From Chlorokybus atmophyticus (Eukaryota; Plantae; Mesostigma and Chlorokybus algae): a stretch of DNA of 9,492 nucleotides. Both the position numbers and the translations under genes were made by a program. Positions 8,375 through 9,492 of this stretch are shown here, piece by piece. The notes under the pieces were generated by a model, which did no database searches, had not been told where the DNA came from, and saw only the letters and a program-made list of their open reading frames with translations. The stretch spans positions 1 through 9,492 of the forward strand of contig RHPI01002802.1 of the NCBI GenBank assembly GCA_009103225.1. The letters run 5' to 3'. The stretch's first letter is position 1. Every line of letters begins with the position of its first letter.

Positions 8375-8621
8375 GGAGTCCCACTGATATACGTATATAT
8401 ATATATATATGTATGTATGTACATATATCTATATACATACATATATATATATAGATATAGATATAACTATATGTTATATATGTATACCAATTATATAATT
8501 ACATATATATGCGTGGGACTCTTTGGTCCCACTGATATACGGTTATACACACACATATAAGTAAATATATTTCTATGGACATACGTATATATATATCGGT
8601 AGGACTCTTCAGGAGTCCCAC
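8375..8621. repeat. TA-rich low-complexity tract with three GTCCCAC boxes, two of them in short hairpins
   Basis: GTCCCACTGATATACG is identical at 8378-8393 and 8526-8541. GGAGTCCCAC occurs at 8375-8384 and 8612-8621. Stems: GTGGGAC/GTCCCAC (8513-8532) and GGACTC/GAGTCC (8602-8618). Confidence 0.7.
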
Positions 8622-9136
8622 GAGTTGCACAAAAATAGGAGTTGCTAGATGCAAAGCTGCACTCATACTGGTAGTAAGTTCTTGTTTTGTCGTGTGCATG
8701 TTTTTGTGTGTCTACGTGCTGTTGTTGTTGATTGCTCGTATGGATAGTGGTTGCGTATGTGATGCAAATTTACGTTTGTATATTTTCTGATAATCATTGT
8801 TGATAATGCAAGGTGCAAGAAGACAATGGGAAGGGAACACCAACAGAGTAGTCCCCATAGCTTGGCATGAGATGGTGTTCACTCAGTAAGCTCCCAAACA
8901 ATGATGCATGGAAATAAGTAGCATCAGTCATAACTTGTACGTTTATATGTAAGTTGTCATGCCTATACCACTGGCGAAAGTCATTTTCTATATCCCTTAC
9001 TTATGTTGGTAAGATGAGACTCAGTGGGGACTCACTCATTATAAGCAAGTGTAGTGCTTATGGGGTAACTCTCACATAAGTCTTCTCCAGAGCCTATGAG
9101 GGCCTGAAGTACACATGGCAATTTTCCCGTCCAGGA

Positions 9137-9178
9137 TTGGGGTTAGGGTTAGGGTTGGGGTTGGGATTGGGGTTGGGG
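9137..9178 (+). repeat. Telomere-like hexamer tract 1 (7 units: 4 TTGGGG, 2 TTAGGG, 1 TTGGGA)
   Basis: Direct read of the sequence; G-rich strand on +. Confidence 0.8.
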
Positions 9179-9448
9179 AGAAGTCAACAGCAGTAGATCA
9201 GGCAGGCAATGTGTTCGAGATCAAATGCTATTGTTTCAAAGTCTATCTTGTTCAACTTTTCCATAGTGATTACATGCAGAGCTGCATCGCCCAAGCAGCA
9301 ATTGGCGCTGTCTTTGCATACTGTGAGAATTAATTTTGGAAAAATGTGGAGGCCGACAGGAGTTATTCTTGGGTGGTATTATCCTGATCTCCAAGTAGAA
9401 CAATGTCAACTTCAATGACAGACTTTGATGAGGAGCTGGGTGTCGAGT

Positions 9449-9492
9449 TTAGGGTTGGGGTTGGGGTTGGGGTTGGGGTTCGGGTTGGGGTT
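9449..9492 (+). repeat. Telomere-like hexamer tract 2 (1 TTAGGG, 5 TTGGGG, 1 TTCGGG, truncated by the window end)
   Basis: Direct read of the sequence; G-rich strand runs 5'->3' toward the window end, the orientation expected near a chromosome end. Confidence 0.8.

Noticed and set aside
8794-9000. About 69 stop-free codons on the minus strand (DIENDFRQWYRHDNLH...PSYGDYS), with a nearby GTGAGT donor-like site
   Set aside because: No recognisable motif and no phase-compatible exon chain found; a translated search would be needed

Overview
Eukaryotic genomic DNA (organism not identifiable from this window) with one 202-N assembly gap. It is dominated by a single spliced + strand gene that I reconstructed by hand: 17 coding exons, 3010..8034, about 1103 aa, 16 GT-AG introns of 63-186 nt, and one continuous frame. 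The product has an N-terminal signal peptide and five tandem ~180-190 aa modules. Each module looks like two PKD-like Ig folds with a WD(F/L)NxDG motif and six conserved Cys. These are followed by an R-G-K-R convertase-type site and a ~127 aa C-terminal domain whose motifs (GCS..W, FG..TI.QAL, AR.ATAALLNA, terminal GCPL) recall a bacterial extracellular domain. Every module is bounded by phase-2 introns and has a phase-0 intron at the same codon. Module 5 alone has an extra 71-nt insertion flanked by a 7-nt direct repeat, a candidate recent intron gain. The flanks are non-coding: (TA)n microsatellites, an 82-nt diverged duplication across the gap, a cluster of short palindromes, and two telomere-like TTGGGG/TTAGGG tracts running off the right end. 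No database searches were run, so all family names come from motif recognition.
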